From Hyphochytrium catenoides (lineage: Eukaryota; Protista; Hyphochytriomycota): a stretch of 64,000 nucleotides of DNA. Positions 1 through 11,938 of this stretch are shown piece by piece (positions within the stretch are counted from its first letter, which is position 1; every line of letters starts with the position of its first letter). A program made the translations under genes and the position numbers. The stretch is from the NCBI GenBank assembly GCA_900088475.1, contig FLMG01002348.1, positions 1 through 64,000 on the forward strand, in the 5' to 3' direction. The notes under the pieces were generated by a model, which saw only the letters and a program-made list of their open reading frames with translations, made no database searches and had not been told where the DNA came from.

Positions 1-431
1 CATCCAGAGGGCGGTGAAGAAGGGCAGCGCAGATTTCACGGGTTTGCAACACCCTAGAGCCAATGTAGGCCTCTTTCAAGATCGACTGCGTATGGCTCAC
101 ACCCACACCTCCCAGTCGTATAGGAAGTTCAGACTGATTGAAGCCACGCTGAATCCTCCAGCGCTGGAGTACGTAGGATGGAACGGAGAACAGAAAGGAG
201 CCGTTGGTCAAACCGTTCAGCAAAGGCCCTAGTGAACTGAGGAGGGCAGGTTCGTAGCAAATGGTTGACCCTGCCGTACCCCAGGCAGCCTCGGAAGAGG
301 CATAACTCAATCTGTGCCTCGTCAATGGCGTCTAGTGCGACATCGATGTCCTCGAGACGCTCTAGCTTGCGGAGGAGATAGTCAGATGTATAGTCCACAG
401 AGCCCACGGGGCAACCAAGAACTCCAATACC
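1..431 (-). mobile_element. Decayed non-LTR retrotransposon (CRE/R2-like) reverse-transcriptase C-terminal fragment, frameshifted, 5'-truncated
   Basis: Minus-strand translation GIGVLGCPVGS...LFRGCLGYGRVNHLLRTCPP...FDQRL...AWLQ. After a ~4-nt frameshift near 131-136 it continues SELPIRLGGVGV...AYIGS. These match the post-YxDD motifs of this RT class (vLGxPiG, xLLR..pP, QxxLPxxxGGLG). The element runs off the window start, and no YxDD is visible upstream. Confidence 0.8.
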
Positions 432-1277
432 CTCCAAATAAAAGTACTCCTCCAATTACAGTATTAGGCTTCCCCACCTAGTAAGTACTCCGTATCAAAT
501 AAAAGTACCTACGACAGAGTGATGGTCCTTTATTTGTCCTTTCCTTGTTGCTTGTACTCGTATGAGACTCGTAGAGGTGAGTGTCCTTTATTGGTTTGGT
601 AGCTGTGCAAGTTGCTTGCCATGCTATCGTACATGTATAGTACGTAGTGTAACCAGATAAAACGTTCTCATGTTGTCTGTCTCTCTCATGTTCCATCTAC
701 GTTCCACTCTGTCTGTCTTACCATTTATTAAAACTCTATCTCATCAAACGCATCTCACTGGGCTCTGGATAGGACCTCCTTCTTTATACCAAACTCTGTC
801 TTTCACTGTTTACTTTTTCTTACCTTTATTATGTGCTCCGTGCCTATTATTGCGGAGCTTCACTGGTTCTGATGTTCTGATCCTACTGTACCTGCAGCTT
901 CAAACAATCATCAGAAGTGAAAGCAGCAACCCGCGAGAAGGACAAACCCAGCAGCGGCGCCTGTCAAGCCACAGAGAAGAGGGGAAGAAAGGCACTGGCA
1001 CAAGTCACAATCCAGTAAAGTGCTGAGGGTAGCTAGCGGAAGTATCAAGAGGGGTGGAGTGTCATGATAGCAACTTCTTCTACGCAGCGCATCCGTGTGG
1101 CCTGAGTACGTAGTGACCCTATATTCCTCGGGATCTTAGGGTGACCTACAATGTCAACCCACAAAAGCTGACAAGGAAAGCAAGGATCTCTCTACAGGCG
1201 AGGCTTTCTCCCTATCGTAGCTCCAGCCTGGCACCCGAGCTTTAATACGTACGAAGGAAGAAACTCAAACAAGGACC

Positions 1278-4200
1278 ATGCTTACTCCAGAGATCCAGCC
1301 ACTCCTCCCTCCTAGTTCCAGGGACCACAAACTCACTCAGGCCTGGCATCTTAGCGAAGATTACCTTCTTTCTCCAGTGTCACTCCCTACGCCAGCCGCA
1401 TTCTCTGTCCCTGGTACGCCGCGTGGACGGCGAAAGAATATTAATTGGCTTTCTCTGGCCTGCATTACCTACCTTGCTGTTGCATCTGGGCCATTCGGGA
1501 TAGAGGCAGCTGTAGAGGCAGCAGGTAAAGTCCTTGAAAATAGCGAGAGACAGAAGCTTCTTGTGGCTAAGCACACTCAGGGAGGAGAAGGGAAGAGAGA
1601 ACCGCAAAGAGGACCTGCATTGAGCAAAACAGAGTTGAAACCCTAACCTCTTTCACCAGGCACTTTGCCGGTCCTTATTGGGATTATCGTGCTGCCAATA
1701 CTGTGGGGTCTTCCTCAGGCACTAATGGTAAGACCATTGGCAACAGAACGAGAGAGGCCTGACCGAAAGAGGAAGAGAAAGATGGGAAGAGACTAGAAAG
1801 AGAAAGGTCGAGGAAGTCGGGACAGCGGAAAGAGAGACAATAGAGGTTATGGAGGGTTCACTTTGGAGGCTTAGAAGTGAGGACTTTGAGTGGCTCCTTC
1901 CCTTGACCGAGTGTACATCTCCTCTTTCAATCGGCTTCCTTTGCGTCCCTCTATCTGCCTGTACCTCTCTTTCCTAACTCATTCCATAGACGGCAGAACT
2001 GAGCACCATGATGGACGAAAATGGCGGATATATAATCTGGGTCAGGAGAGGACTCGGCCCCTTTGCTGGGTGGATGAATGCATTCAATTCTCTCGCTTCC
2101 AACATGATGGACCTGCCTGTGTACCCCGTCCTCTTCGCTAGGTAAGGAGGCCACTTCAGGCGACTCAGAAGGTCAACCAGGAGACCATGGCTAGTTCTGC
2201 GTTCAGAGGACTTAACAGAGAAGAATGAGCTGACAACCGTAGTGTGCAAGAAAGAATAGACTTTAGAGTTGGACTGTTAATTGGTGAGGGGGAGTCCTAG
2301 CTAACATACCTCCTCACAAGCTATGTTCAAGCGGTGTCACACGAGTTGGGCTACAAGATGTCTTTCACGGAAACTTATGCAGTTAAACTCGGAGCTTTAG
2401 CACTTGTAGCGCTTTCCAACATCCTCGGTATGACAGAGACCTGCTATCTTCTACCTAATCTTGATCTTTGGCTTCTAACCATATAACTCTTCCACCTGCG
2501 CTCTCTCTTGTATAGGTATGAGGAGTGTTGCTCTTGCCTCCTTCATAAGCGCACTCTTCATTCTCGCTCCGTTCTTCCTGGAACCTTTTCTACTTCAAAC
2601 AGCGCATGCCAACGCTTTGGCTTCCATTGCCTCTCCTATCACCTGGAGCACATTCTTAAGTACCCTTATCTGGAACTATCAAGGTTAGTAGAAGCGAACC
2701 GCCATTTGTAAGGTCTTCTTGCTTGGGAAGCCTGGATTGGTACTCAGCATTGGTCGCAATGTCGGCAAGAGCCTTCGATGTAGAAGGACGTTTCAATCTT
2801 CTGACAATTTGCCAGGACTTGTGTCTTCTTTATCGGCCTTTACATATTTGCTTCCTCCTTTAGGCTGGGACTCCCTGGGTTGTATTGCAGGGGAGGTTCA
2901 AGATGGCGGGAGAACCTATCCATTAGCAATAGCGGGAGCTTTGGTGCTGATCACCTTGAACTATGCTCTACCAGGTACCGTAGTGGCAATAATGGGCTGG
3001 GGCGGTGTCAGAAGAGCAGCGCTTCTTTTCGTCTGCAATGGTAGACCATTTGGAAACGTCAGAGTTGGTATTAGATTTAGAGTAATTTTATCCCGACAGT
3101 TCCGTTTGGCAGTAGAGCAGTCCATACGTAGGAGCTATATCCTTTGGTGGCTTGGTCTAACCTACCTCCACGTCACTTTGATCAATTTTGGCGCTCATCG
3201 CTTTCCGTTTACATTAGTTATCTCTGGCATGATGGTGGTCCCCAACTATTTGAAGTGGGAAGAGGGCATTCTAGAGACCGTAGCAATGCATCTCTCTCCA
3301 GTACTGGGCATCTGGGTGGGGTTAGCTGCCGTCCTTTCTACGATTGGAGAGTTAAACGTCATGATGGCAACAACCTCCAGAGCACTTTGGGTAAGAGTGG
3401 AATTCGTAGACTCGTAGGCTGAACTAGCTTATCATCTTTCCTTGTGTCCTCCCCTTCACGGGGTTATAGAGCTCACTTTCTGTCTCACTCTAACCCTTTT
3501 CTCATAGGCAACTGCCAAGTATCGAATGCTGCCTGACTTTCTGGCAATGGAGTCTTTGACCTTCGATACGCCTGTGTCCGCTATCGTCTTTCAGACACTT
3601 ACGTCGGGAATTCTAATGACGTGGGACTTTGATTCTCTTGTCGCGATCGACACCTTTTTCAACAAGTATGTTCTGTCTTCCTGTTCTTTACGAGTAGTCT
3701 TGACCTGTCGAATGGTGGCCCTCAACCAAAGATTCATTGTTGCTCTGTCACTCCTCACGCCGTCGCAAACTCAGAATTCTTCAATGTGGACTATTCATTG
3801 GTCACCTTTCATATTCTGCGAAAGCCGCGGTGCAGTTAGTCCTTCCCTGTCACTGCTTCCACTACAGCTACTATTTGTAGGTTGTTGTTCTCACCAGGAT
3901 TATTGATCCTTTCTCTCCCTTTCCCGTCTCACGTCGGCGAAACATCTACTTTCTACATGACAAGCTTGAGCCTCCTCTTAGAGTTTTGTGCCTTCATCCG
4001 CCTACGTTACACAGAGCCTGACACTCATCGACCTTTCAAGGTAAGACTTTCTCACCCTGTATCCGCCGCTCACTTCTTGGCTTTATCTGAAGATGCAAAA
4101 GTATCCATATCTGGTTTGTTGCCTGTACTACTACTTATTTGGCCTGTCGCTCAGTCATAGTACGCCTTATATCGCTTCGTTTACCGCTTTATGCATATTT

Positions 4201-4515
4201 GTTTGGGTCGCAAGCCTGATGGTTCAAGATGAGTGGCCCACACCTGTACTTATGCATTCACGAGTGCAGTCTGTTTCCGTCGTACTGGATGCTGATACGT
4301 TCAATTGCTTAAAGGTTCCTGGTGGTCTTGTGGGGGCCTGGATAATTACTCTTCCCAAGGCGCTGGTTATTACTGCAGTAATGGTCGCTGCAGATGCCAA
4401 GACATGGCTGTTATGTGGTACCATCAACGCGGGCTTTGCAATAGCTTATCTGGGGTGGATTGCTCTACAAAGACTGCGGCATGTGGACTACACGAAATTT
4501 AACCCTCGGCTCTAG
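1278..4515 (+). CDS. APC-superfamily LAT/PUT-type polyamine or amino-acid permease, multi-exon
   Basis: Spliced exons give ITYLAVASGPFGIEAAVEAAG, PILWGLPQALMTAELSTMMDENGGYIIWVRRGLGPFAGW, IWNYQGWDSLGCIAGEVQDGGRTYP and LEFCAFIRLRYTEPDTHRPFKVPGG. These are the hallmark motifs of PUT/RMV1-like transporters. Introns are GT-AG and the stop is TAG at 4513-4515. Confidence 0.9.
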
Positions 4516-5158
4516 AGACTTGCGAGAGGTCATCGACACATCCGAAAATGACGGCAGTCCTCATGACTGACCGGGAGCCCGGAATGGCTCTAGACTTCAA
4601 GTGACCCTGCTCTCGGTGAGACGTCAGGAAGACGCAAGCTCTTCGCAAAATGTTCTCCATAGCAGCATCACTTGGGCCAGCGACTGCGCCATCTCTAAAC
4701 TCCAGCGCACCTTCTTTTGGCACACCACAAGTTCTCTCTAAAGACTGACAGCAGACAAAGACGCGGAAGAGAAGGTAGTCCTTCGGCGGTACGGAGTGAA
4801 GGCAGATTGGGTTTGTCACAAGAGAGCTGCAGTTAGGAGCTGCAAATGTTTCTGGAGCATGAATATGGCAGGGAGAGATCTCCAAGAATGTTGGCGGGCT
4901 TTCTATTCTTGAGCCCTTTCTTAGTTTCTCAACTAGTCCAACGAAACCAGCTTCTAGCATGCCCAGTCAAACAAGAAGGTAGAGCTATTGGTTGATGATG
5001 TAAGTCCCTTGCACGGTGTCGAGGCAAATCATCTACTCCACGACGAGTAGTTTAAGCTACCGAATGTGCGGAGATACTGCTATTTTTAGCGAGAGGATAT
5101 ATACATAGCTACTACAAAGTAATGCTACCACGACTTCCAAAAAGTCAAAGCCTTTCAC

Positions 5159-8100
5159 CTACCCAATCCGCAGCCCCTCAAGAGTCTTAAGGATCGCCTC
5201 AGTGACGTCCTTTCTGCTCCGCAGGTGCTCGACGGTATTGTGAAAGTGAGCAACGATTCTTTCCAGCCCTTCGGCCCCTTCCTGCTCCGCTAGGTGCTCC
5301 TTAGTGTAGCTCAGAAGGCTTGAAACGTAGTGGGGGGTGATCTGAAGGCGTTAGCAGGATCAGTATGTTTACCTTAACATCGCGCATGTATAGTACCAGA
5401 TGCAGAACAATAACAGATATACAAGCTTTACCAACAGAAAAGACAGGGTAGAGATTTTAGAGGGGTGGGAGGAACTGGAAGGAACAAGATCTTAGAGACC
5501 GAGAAACTGTCCAGACAGTTACGTTACAGCTCGCAATTACGAGCCCATATGACTTACCGTAGGAACCCCATGAAAATAGAAATAGATGTACTGCGTCAAG
5601 GAACCCAAGGGCAGGAGAAGGATGAGTTAAAGTCATTAAAACAATATTATCACTGAGCGTGTGTCGTCAAACGCAAGAGAAGCGTTCGCTAGCAAACGAC
5701 AAGACTTTATATAGCCCTGTCAAAAGATTGACCACCTTGGCTAACGAGAAATGTAAGGAAAGAGGCTTTGCTGCTGAAAGAAGGGTCCGAGTATCCACGA
5801 AATTGGGGGTCACACCACCACTTCATAGGCACATAAATCTACCTGGTCCAGAATATCCACAAAGAGCTCGACGCTGCCTCGAGACGACTGCAAACAGGCA
5901 TCAGCCAACTTCAATGCACTCTGCAAACACTCCAGAGCTTGCTTCGGGTTTCCTCTTCCTTCACTTCCCTATCAATAAGTTCATGACGAGGTTTAAACAA
6001 ATAGAAACCTCTGGAATCAACTAGCCATGCTACCTCTGATCCCTGCCAGAAAAGATGTGCACAGAGGCAGGTAAGCGTGCATTGGTCATTCCTTTTCAAG
6101 AGCTTGGCCGCCAGTGCAGTAGCTCGCGCGACGAGGCTTGACCAGGCATCTTGGGATTCACCTGCCACGTCTCCCTTGACAATAATCTTGCTAGCGACAA
6201 GCGTCCCCACAATCATTTGCAATGCCCGGACTTGGGCCTTCGCGTCAGCCATTTCTGACTCATAGAGACTGAAAGCCTATATTAGGGTAAGAGATCAGAG
6301 AGGATGGGAGTGAGGAACATGAGTTATGGCGGTCGAGTTCGCTCACTCAACAAGACAGTTGCCCAGATACATTCTAGACAAGCTTTTCAGGGTAAAGTCC
6401 AGTAAGAGAGGTGGAACTAAAGAGACTGTCAGATACACTTCCACGTCCGCCAATAGTCAAGGAAGGGGAGAGATTCTCGTTTGGTGGCGGGCTAACCGTA
6501 TCAAAGAGAGANNNNNNNNNNNNNNNNTACTGACCTGTGACATGAACTCGTACGCGATTGAGCTGGAGCCGCATTGATTGGCACAGTTGGCGCACTGTAA
6601 ATAGAGACGGAGAGCAAGAGTAGGAAATCTAGAGGCCAATGCGGTCACGTTCTCATGCACGAATTGAAGGATCTTTCTGGTTGAAATCTGTCCTTGCTTC
6701 TCCTAACAGTGATGGAGCCGTTAGTCGCTAGAAGTCAAACATTAAAGCGATCAAGTTGGGAATCAAGTGGCCGATACCGGGAAAAAGGCAGTAGCAAGAA
6801 CAGTGAGAGATTCATACATCTAATCTAGGCTGAGAAACATTGAGGAAGATAGGTAAGGGAACATGAATCAGGGAAACAGGGGAAGAGCATGCATTCATAG
6901 CAAGAGGCAAAGCAGGTTATATGAAGCTCTCTTCCAACCTTGTTCGTATGCACCTCCGACGCCAGCTGCAATGATGCGAATATCAAAGGTACAAGAGTAT
7001 AGCGAATCCGCCTTACTCCTCCAAGACCGAAGAATGTTCTGGCAGCACGGTATATCTGCAATACGACACCGCCGTAAGTCAGAGTGTAAGTTCGGTAACT
7101 GTTTGGCAGAGCTCGGGTCAATCCCAACTATTTCAATGTCTGCGATGGGTGAATTCTCTACTAAGATTATCTGAAGGGTGGCGGAAAAGGACGGTTCAAG
7201 TAGAGCTAACACGAGGTCCATTCTATGCACCTGCAAGAGGACTCCAGCATCATCGTTCTTCATGAGATGAATGGTCTTGGCCAAGAGGTACTGTTCTTGC
7301 ACAAAGTCATCCTGTGCCAGGGTCATTCAGAAGAAGGTAGCATTCTTAAGACGATCATAAGGTTCTTGGGCTTCAAGATTGCATTCAGCGCTTCCAAGAT
7401 CCAAATCCTCAGCAGTAATAGCAAAGAGGAACTGGCAATGATAGGGATGATATGGAGACTGCACGAAGCATTAATAGGCTTACTAGAGCCTATTAATGCT
7501 ATAAAAGACGCTGATGAACTTGGCTATACACTGCAGGTCACTTACCTTCCCTTCATCATCAGCAGCACCCGATGTCTCCTTGTCCTCCTTAACGAGTGGC
7601 ATGACGCAAGTGAACAGCTGTTCTACAACTTGCGTCGAAGTGAGAGGAGTCCGGGTCTCTATCACCACTGCGAGCAGCTTCTTGGCTAGGTTTCGTCTGA
7701 AAAGGGGAGAAACCATCTTTTCCCCTTCTGGAAAGTTCTGAAGCTGAAGAGTTCTAATGGAAAGACCTTCTACAGCCGCGGATAGCTGCGACTCGAAGGC
7801 ACGCAGTGCCCTTTCGCTGACAAATGATATAAGGAATGGGGGTTAATCAATGGAGTTAGCACTAATTTCAAGGGTGAAGTATGAGGACGACAGATAGGAA
7901 GCGAGGAAGGTATATAGACGATAGGTCACCCAGGGAGGACATAGTCGCCACAATGCTAGGGATGGCCCAGTGCCAGTATCACGAGTACCCGCTACCTTAC
8001 TGTACCCATAAGATGTCACCAAGCTGGTGAGATCTGAGATGAAGGGGAGATAAAAATCGCAGGCCAACCTAGAGCGCTCTTGTGCAACCGGTGGTTCCCA

Positions 8101-10497
8101 ATGCCTCTAGGTTCACATGGTGTCTGCTAGGTCGTCTTACCGTTCGTCGCTAGATGCGTTCTGCGTGCCCTTCAACATCATTATGCTTCTCTGGATACAC
8201 CCATCAACCAACGGCTCTGCTCCACTTGTCACTTGTAGGGCAACTGCCTGCAACCGCTCTTGCAGAGCAACATAGGGAGAAAGACCGCTTGCGATAAGAC
8301 TGTCGCTATTCTCCTGACAGAATTGCGCAACAGCATCAAAGGATGACAGCAGTTCCGAACTCTGGCCCTCCGTATTGGAGTCCATAGTGCGATCTAAAAG
8401 CTTCGAAAGTATGTCCGGAACTCTTGCCTCAGGACGTAGGAGCTTGCATGCGGTGAGGACTTGTCGATAGCTCTTCAGGATAAAGCTCCCAGGACAAATC
8501 TGTGAAGGTGGACGAGATGGACAGATTACGAACATAAGGTTGGGGCAATGTCCCAACTTCTTCCTGAGGAGGGTCCCCTAACTTGAAATATATACTGGTC
8601 TATCTCCATAAAATTGGCCCAAACAGGAAAAAGATACTTGGCGGGCAAAGGGCCACTTGAACGTTTAAAAGAAATGAAGGGTCTACCAGAGTTAGGCATT
8701 CGCATAACTCTAAGCGAAAGCTAATGACCGCTTTCTACAACGTAGATCACCCTCGTAATCAAAGATCAATCTGGTCGTCAACCATCGTACCTCCAGTAAT
8801 GCAATCATCAGCGCCTGCTGAGAAATCGGCTCACGAGTGCAGAGAATACTCTCCAAGGCTTGCGGTAGGACAATCTATAACACATAAGATACGCATTAGA
8901 GAGGTTAAACGTCCTATGCTGACATCATTATCAACCAATTCAGGAAAGTGTGTGGGCCACTAAGAAAAAGGGTAGTCCTGTGGCACTCGCTAAAAAATGT
9001 AGAAGAGAAAGGCCCGCTCAAAGACATTTATGGTAAAATGACATCACAATACCACGATAGACGCATAACAGATGGGGGAACTCCACAACCTTCAGAAGCA
9101 AGAGGACGCGTCTCAAGAAGCCAACAGAAAATGGCAGTTCATAAGATGAGCTCAATGATCAACTGCTGTAGAGAATTGATAGAGGGTCAGTAAGAAAGTA
9201 TCACCTTCGAGAAGGTATCAAGATCAAAAGCCACTAGCTGCTTAACGGAAGAAAGAGCGAAGCAAACCACTTGCTTAAGCTCCAATCTCTCCTCCTCAAT
9301 CAAAGTTTTGGCCCTCACAGGGGCCTGCTGTTGATGCAGCCGTGCCCAGAGTTTGGAGCACTCTGAGAAGTTCGCCATAAGAAAGCTAAGAGAGTCTCCA
9401 GCAGAATTCTGAGCGCTAAAGATGTTACATGAGGCGAACAATGAGGCATTTGGCGACACGCCGCTTAGACATTAGCGTGGCAGGGATGGCTCGCAGAGAG
9501 GGATAGGGCACCATCTATTGAACAAGACAAGTTTGGGCGCTAGACAGTCAAGAGTAAAAAAGAGGAGTTGTCAGGTGATAGAGTTGTCAGGCGGTAGAAA
9601 GAGAAGGGCAGAGATCAGTATACCTTCCTTCCTTGCCTTTGTCCGGCAACGTCTCCTCCATGGCCTTTACTAGATAATGCCTAAGAAATATTGCTCTTAA
9701 AGGGTTTTGAATCCCTTTCACCATCTCCAGAAGGTCACTGAGAACTTCACTAGCAGAGAGCTGTTGCGCCTGTACGTATGCCGCACCAGCAGCCACCAAT
9801 AAATAAAGTCGAGGAAGGATTGACTCTGTCTCTTGCACCCTTTGATAAATATTTAAGGTCAGCTTGATGTCGCTGTCCGGCCCAATCAACTCGAGGAAAA
9901 AGCTCTGAAGGTGCTGCATCTCCTCGATAATATCAAAGTCTGCTCCAAGGAAAGGAAGAAAGAAGAAGGAAGGCGTGAGAGACTATATAGAGGTTATCGG
10001 AGTTAGTGGAAGAAGATGAACTATAGAATAAGCGGAGAGGACAAGGAAACACTACCCTAGCGAATGTCCCTAACGAAGCCAATAAGATGCTTGAGCAGAT
10101 TGGAACGAGATGCCACAAAGGTAGAGCACTGATAAAGAGCTATGGCACAGAATGCCGATAATAGAGAGTTTAGGGTCATACAGGCTTCTTGATAGTTCTT
10201 GGGAGACAGTGCATCCGTCGCTAGCTCCTGCAGCATCTGGACTGCCAATTGCAGAGCAAGCTCCAGCTCTCCATCAACCTGTCAATTGTTACTCATGAAT
10301 TGGTCATGAAATGGCCACAGGACACAACCATGTCTTACTATTGCCCGCCGCATATGGAAGGCATTCTTCTTGATATTCGATTGGACCTGGAGCTGGGGTG
10401 GTTGTAGGTAGAGTTAGGGATATCAACAGCGACCAAGACAGATAACGGATGCCTGCATACCAGGGATAACCTCTGCTCCTCCTTGTGGGCTTTCACC
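5159..10497 (-). CDS. VPS35: Retromer subunit VPS35, multi-exon; start exon not located
   Basis: Motifs NAFHMRRAI, LSPKNY, ILPRLYLL (PRLYL motif), EMVKGIQNPLRAIFLRHYL, FLMANFSECSKLWARL, RIRYTLVPLIF, AYEFMSQ, AAKLLKRNDQC, CAHLFW, LECLQSALKLAD and LFVDILDQYIYFY. Final exon ends with TAG at 5159-5161. One intron contains an N gap. Confidence 0.93.
6512..6527. other. Assembly gap (N run) in a VPS35 intron
   Basis: Run of n characters. Confidence 1.
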
Positions 10498-11938
10498 TGC
10501 ACCGAAAGAAAGGGGTTGATGAAACGCTTTAGCTACCAGGACTTGAGATACATTCGTAAATCATCGTACGAGAGCTGCCATCGAAGGATAATGAGGCTCG
10601 AAATGTCAACCTAGCCCACAACGGCCTGGTCTCCAAGTCCGTCCTTGCGTTAACGTGGATGTCCTTGCTTCGCTTGTTGAAGGGACTACGGCTGGCTCCC
10701 AAACGACAGCAGCTCCAATGGCAAAGGATGCAAACTGCAGCTCTCTGGGTGGAAGGAAGGAGAAGACGAGGTAAGCGGGGCTTCTGATGATGGTCAGCTC
10801 CATTGAAGATCAGAAGAGAAACGTCCCGAAACAGAGTTTTTGGGGCTTTCAGTGCTGCTGTTGCTCTCGGCATCCCGACATATTTCTTGTCGGTGTGTCC
10901 AGTCCCCTTTACCTGATCCAACACAAAACCCCATCGAAATGTGCTCACGGTATGTCGTTAGCGGCTCTGATAGCACCTGCATGAGAACCATTCTGAGTTC
11001 AGATCTTCACCAGATGGAGGAGCGATCGATGATGAGCAAGGAAATGGACAGACGCCGCGAGAAAGCTCGCTCTCAGGGACCGACCTGTCTCCTAGCGACA
11101 ACAGGATTGTCATACCTTCACTGAAGTCCATACTTCCGGCGTAGGCTTTCCTCTCAGTATGCGTGCTTAGGACGTCCCTACCATATTCCAAGTCAGGTCA
11201 GGTCAGTCCATAAAGATGCGTACGATAAGCAGCTAACTGTCTCCAATGACTTTAGAGATGTACATGTCACGGGGGCTAAGCGGCTTATTGCCAGAGCGTG
11301 GGGCTGAGCCATCTATGTCCGTGGGGGACAGTGGCCTTCACGATATCCTGGCCGGAAGAAGCCCTGCACCACCCTTACCAAGTCCTCACACAAACTCTCA
11401 GGTGAGCAATAGAAACGGAAGCCTTTACTCTGGCGGCCCGGACAAATGTTATATTTACAGCTTCAGCTGATACAACTATGAATTCCAATGCCATAGAACC
11501 GATCAGCTCTCAGCTCCTACCACCTTGGTGCTGCGGATTCCAACCTAACCTCTCAACAGCCCAATCGAAAGGACGCAGAGTTGTATAGTCAGCGCATGAT
11601 CATCAGGTGAGCATGCGATGCCTCCCTCCTCCATCCCCTCGCTCCCATCCGCTTGCTCATTTCTATGTCGTCGTGAGTCGAGGGCTTTGCACTCCAAGGC
11701 TCCTAGCACCTTTCTTTAGCTTTCCCTTGGCTCCCTATTAACTCCGACATCACCAGGGCAAACTCAAGCCTTTTGCCTCTCGGTGCCGTCATGTCGGCAA
11801 AGGTTGTTGAATAAATGGAATCTCATTCTTCCTGATCTGCACCTGACTGCGTCTCGCGTTGTTCGCCTCTGGTAAACGGGCGCTATATGGCCCTCTTCTT
11901 CCCCTAAGACTACACGTACGGGCTGCACCACCTCTTCT

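Noticed and set aside
4499-4960. 153-aa minus-strand ORF between the permease and VPS35
   Set aside because: It has no recognisable motif, overlaps the permease stop and sits in the shared 3' gap. Probably a chance ORF.
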